Assembly (NCBI GenBank): GCA_963777605.1
Contig: CAVZRV010000013.1
Span: forward strand, 1 to 64,000
Length of the DNA: 64,000 nt
DNA from: an uncultured Acidobacteriota bacterium
GTDB taxonomy: Bacteria; Acidobacteriota; UBA6911; RPQK01; JAPXNP01
Direction: 5' to 3'
Positions within the stretch are counted from its first letter, which is position 1, and every line of letters begins with the position of its first letter. Below the pieces are notes generated by a model that was not told the DNA's origin, made no database searches, and saw only the letters and a list, made by a program, of their open reading frames with translations. The position numbers and the translations under genes were made by a program. This document shows positions 62,101-64,000 of this stretch, in pieces.

Positions 62101-64000
62101 TGCGCGACAGGACGCTTCGTTCTTCTCTTTCCCTGGCGACCCCGGCCGTCGTCATCCTGGCTGTCATGGGTGCGGCTTTTGCCGGTGGTCCCAACAACCT
62201 GGACTACCAGGGCGGTTTCCTGCGTTGGAACACGACAGTATCGGTTCCCTTTACGATTGACAACGGCCCGCTTCGAAGCGGAATCACGCGGGACACCGGG
62301 GCGGCGATTGTCCGTGAACAGATGGCCAAGTGGACCGATGTGCCCACGGCTTCGATCCTGCTCCACGACAACGGTTTCCTGAATATCGATGTCGATGCAA
62401 CCAACTACCGTTCCTTTTTCGGGTTCGACTCGCCTCAGGGGCCGTTTGTACGTGCCGAGAATCCAGTTATTTTCGACGCTGACGGGAAGATTACCGACGA
62501 CTTTCTGGGGTCTGGGTCGAGCAACCAGACGCTCGGCTTTGCCGGTATCCGCTCTGTCCAGGGCGACGAGTTCTTGTCCGGTTGGGCGGTCCTGAACGGC
62601 AGGCAGGCGTCCGCGACGAGTGTCACATTTCGCCAGACCGTGCTGCACGAGCTGGGGCATTTCATTGGTCTTGACCACTCACAGGGTCTGATCGAGAACT
62701 GGAATAACCCCGGTGCTGACCATCTCGGTGACGTCCCGGTGATGTTTCCCTACGGCTCCGAGCCGGACCTGCCTTCCAAGCCCATCACCGACGACATTGC
62801 CTGGCTTTCGTGGATGTACCCGGTGGCGGGCTGGGCGGAGAGTACCGGAACCATCAAGGGACAGGTGTTCCGCCTCCGCATGGACGGCCCTCCGCTGCAG
62901 GGTGCCAACGTCGCCGCGATTCCGGCTATTTCGGACGGGAAGGGCGGATTTCTTGAAGCCCGTTCCAACATTGTGACCTGCGTGTCCGATTTCCTGGCGG
63001 AGGGAACCGGCGAGTTCGAATTGCCGGGCCTCGCGCCCGGTTACTACTTCGTTCGCATCGACCGGATTTCCACTTCCTTTACAGGGGGAAGCGGGATCGG
63101 TCCCTTCGACGACCGGCCGGAGAGCTTTGCTCCGGACTACTACGACGACCAGGAATCGGCGACGGATGATAACAGCCGCAAGGTGGCGATCCATGTCGGC
63201 GCGGGTGAGACCGTGACCGGAATCAACATGGTTGCCAACGAACCCCTCGTCCTGTTCACCAAGTTGACGGTAGGGGCGCCGGCGATTCACCTTTCGGCGA
63301 TGGGTGATGACGATACCAAGATGGTGTTGTTTCCCGATTCCTTCGGGTTTCCCTTTTACGGTCGTATCTACCGCGAGGTCTACGTCAACAGCGACGGCAA
63401 TCTCACCTTCGGCGTCGGCGATGCGATCCCCGGGGCGCCTCGAACCGAGGACCGTTTCCTGAGCGGGCCGCCGCGAATCGCGCCGCTCTTCACCGATCTG
63501 GATCCTACCACCGCCTATGTATACGGCGGGAGCGTCGATGCGGATGCGGGCGTGGGCTACGTGCGTATTCGCTGGATCGCCGTGCCGGAGTACCTGGAAG
63601 TCGGAGTCGGCGATCCCAACACGTTCTCCGTCGTGCTCTATTCGACGGGCGAAATTTCCTTCGAATACGGCAACATCAGCGTGACTCCAGACCAGGACGA
63701 TGTTTACGGGACTCTTCAGGCGATCGCGGGAGTCTCTCCGGGGCACGTCTACATAGGCTCCTCGACAGACCTGTCAGGAGCCGTCCAGTACGACATGAGT
63801 GGAGCTCCGGTCTATCAGGTCTTTCCCGATACCGCCCCCACCAACGCTTTCGACCTGAGCGGACGTTCAATCCGTTTTCTGGCTGATCTGACAGACCTTT
63901 ACTTTCCATTTATTCAGGGAGACTCTCAGCTCTTCACCGGGATTGCGATCAGCAATTACGGCAGTACGACGGCCGCCGTCGCCGCCGAGTTCAGGGGCGC
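62100..64000 (+). CDS. Secreted matrixin/M10-like zinc metalloprotease with further beta domains (runs off the window)
   Basis: Open frame from ATG 62100. HELGHFIGLDH at ~62646, PVMFP Met-turn, G.I.G.V...LQGANV, and NIDO-like FPFYG..Y..VYVNSDGNLTF and RIAPLF.DLDP. Confidence 0.85.
   Translation, partial: MRDRTLRSSLSLATPAVVILAVMGAAFAGGPNNLDYQGGFLRWNTTVSVPFTIDNGPLRSGITRDTGAAIVREQMAKWTDVPTASILLHDNGFLNIDVDATNYRSFFGFDSPQGPFVRAENPVIFDADGKITDDFLGSGSSNQTLGFAGIRSVQGDEFLSGWAVLNGRQASATSVTFRQTVLHELGHFIGLDHSQGLIENWNNPGADHLGDVPVMFPYGSEPDLPSKPITDDIAWLSWMYPVAGWAESTGTIKGQVFRLRMDGPPLQGANVAAIPAISDGKGGFLEARSNIVTCVSDFLAEGTGEFELPGLAPGYYFVRIDRISTSFTGGSGIGPFDDRPESFAPDYYDDQESATDDNSRKVAIHVGAGETVTGINMVANEPLVLFTKLTVGAPAIHLSAMGDDDTKMVLFPDSFGFPFYGRIYREVYVNSDGNLTFGVGDAIPGAPRTEDRFLSGPPRIAPLFTDLDPTTAYVYGGSVDADAGVGYVRIRWIAVPEYLEVGVGDPNTFSVVLYSTGEISFEYGNISVTPDQDDVYGTLQAIAGVSPGHVYIGSSTDLSGAVQYDMSGAPVYQVFPDTAPTNAFDLSGRSIRFLADLTDLYFPFIQGDSQLFTGIAISNYGSTTAAVAAEFRG

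Noticed and set aside
47230-63746. Long antisense ORFs (e.g. 47230-48477, 58395-59543, 60261-61265, 62679-63746)
   Set aside because: They are shadow ORFs opposite well-supported genes, as expected in high-GC DNA.

Overview
This 64-kb window is high-GC bacterial DNA, probably Acidobacteriota (inferred from recurrent secreted-protein domains and gene content). It has four zones. (1) 1-7 kb: the right end of an IS66 element, two secreted proteins and an XRE regulator flanked by two pairs of identically spaced palindromes. (2) 7-26 kb: a polymorphic-toxin locus. A full-length RHS protein with a signal peptide and its putative immunity gene are followed by orphan RHS-core/toxin/immunity modules. 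These are interleaved with phage-derived DNA (P22-like major capsid gene segments, DUF5131, a tRNA-Cys/att remnant), a collapsed group II intron and a higBA pair. The most striking feature is two copies of a ~245-codon P22-like capsid gene segment joined at the same nucleotide to an RHS core, each with a different HExxH toxin tip. The 21063-23111 copy is in frame, and the two capsid segments differ almost only at synonymous sites. (3) 26-47 kb: secreted proteins, an L,D-transpeptidase operon and a cluster of internally deleted genes (cax, pgl, polX::BRCT, pfpI, aconitase, ftsH, cusA). (4) 47-64 kb: an Fe-S/DUF362/aldo-keto reductase operon, an SDR, a surface-glycosylation cluster containing a six-repeat protein, and a secreted metalloprotease running off the end. 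Single-base frameshifts occur in many unrelated genes, so some may be sequencing or assembly errors. All family calls come from motif recognition by eye, not database searches.
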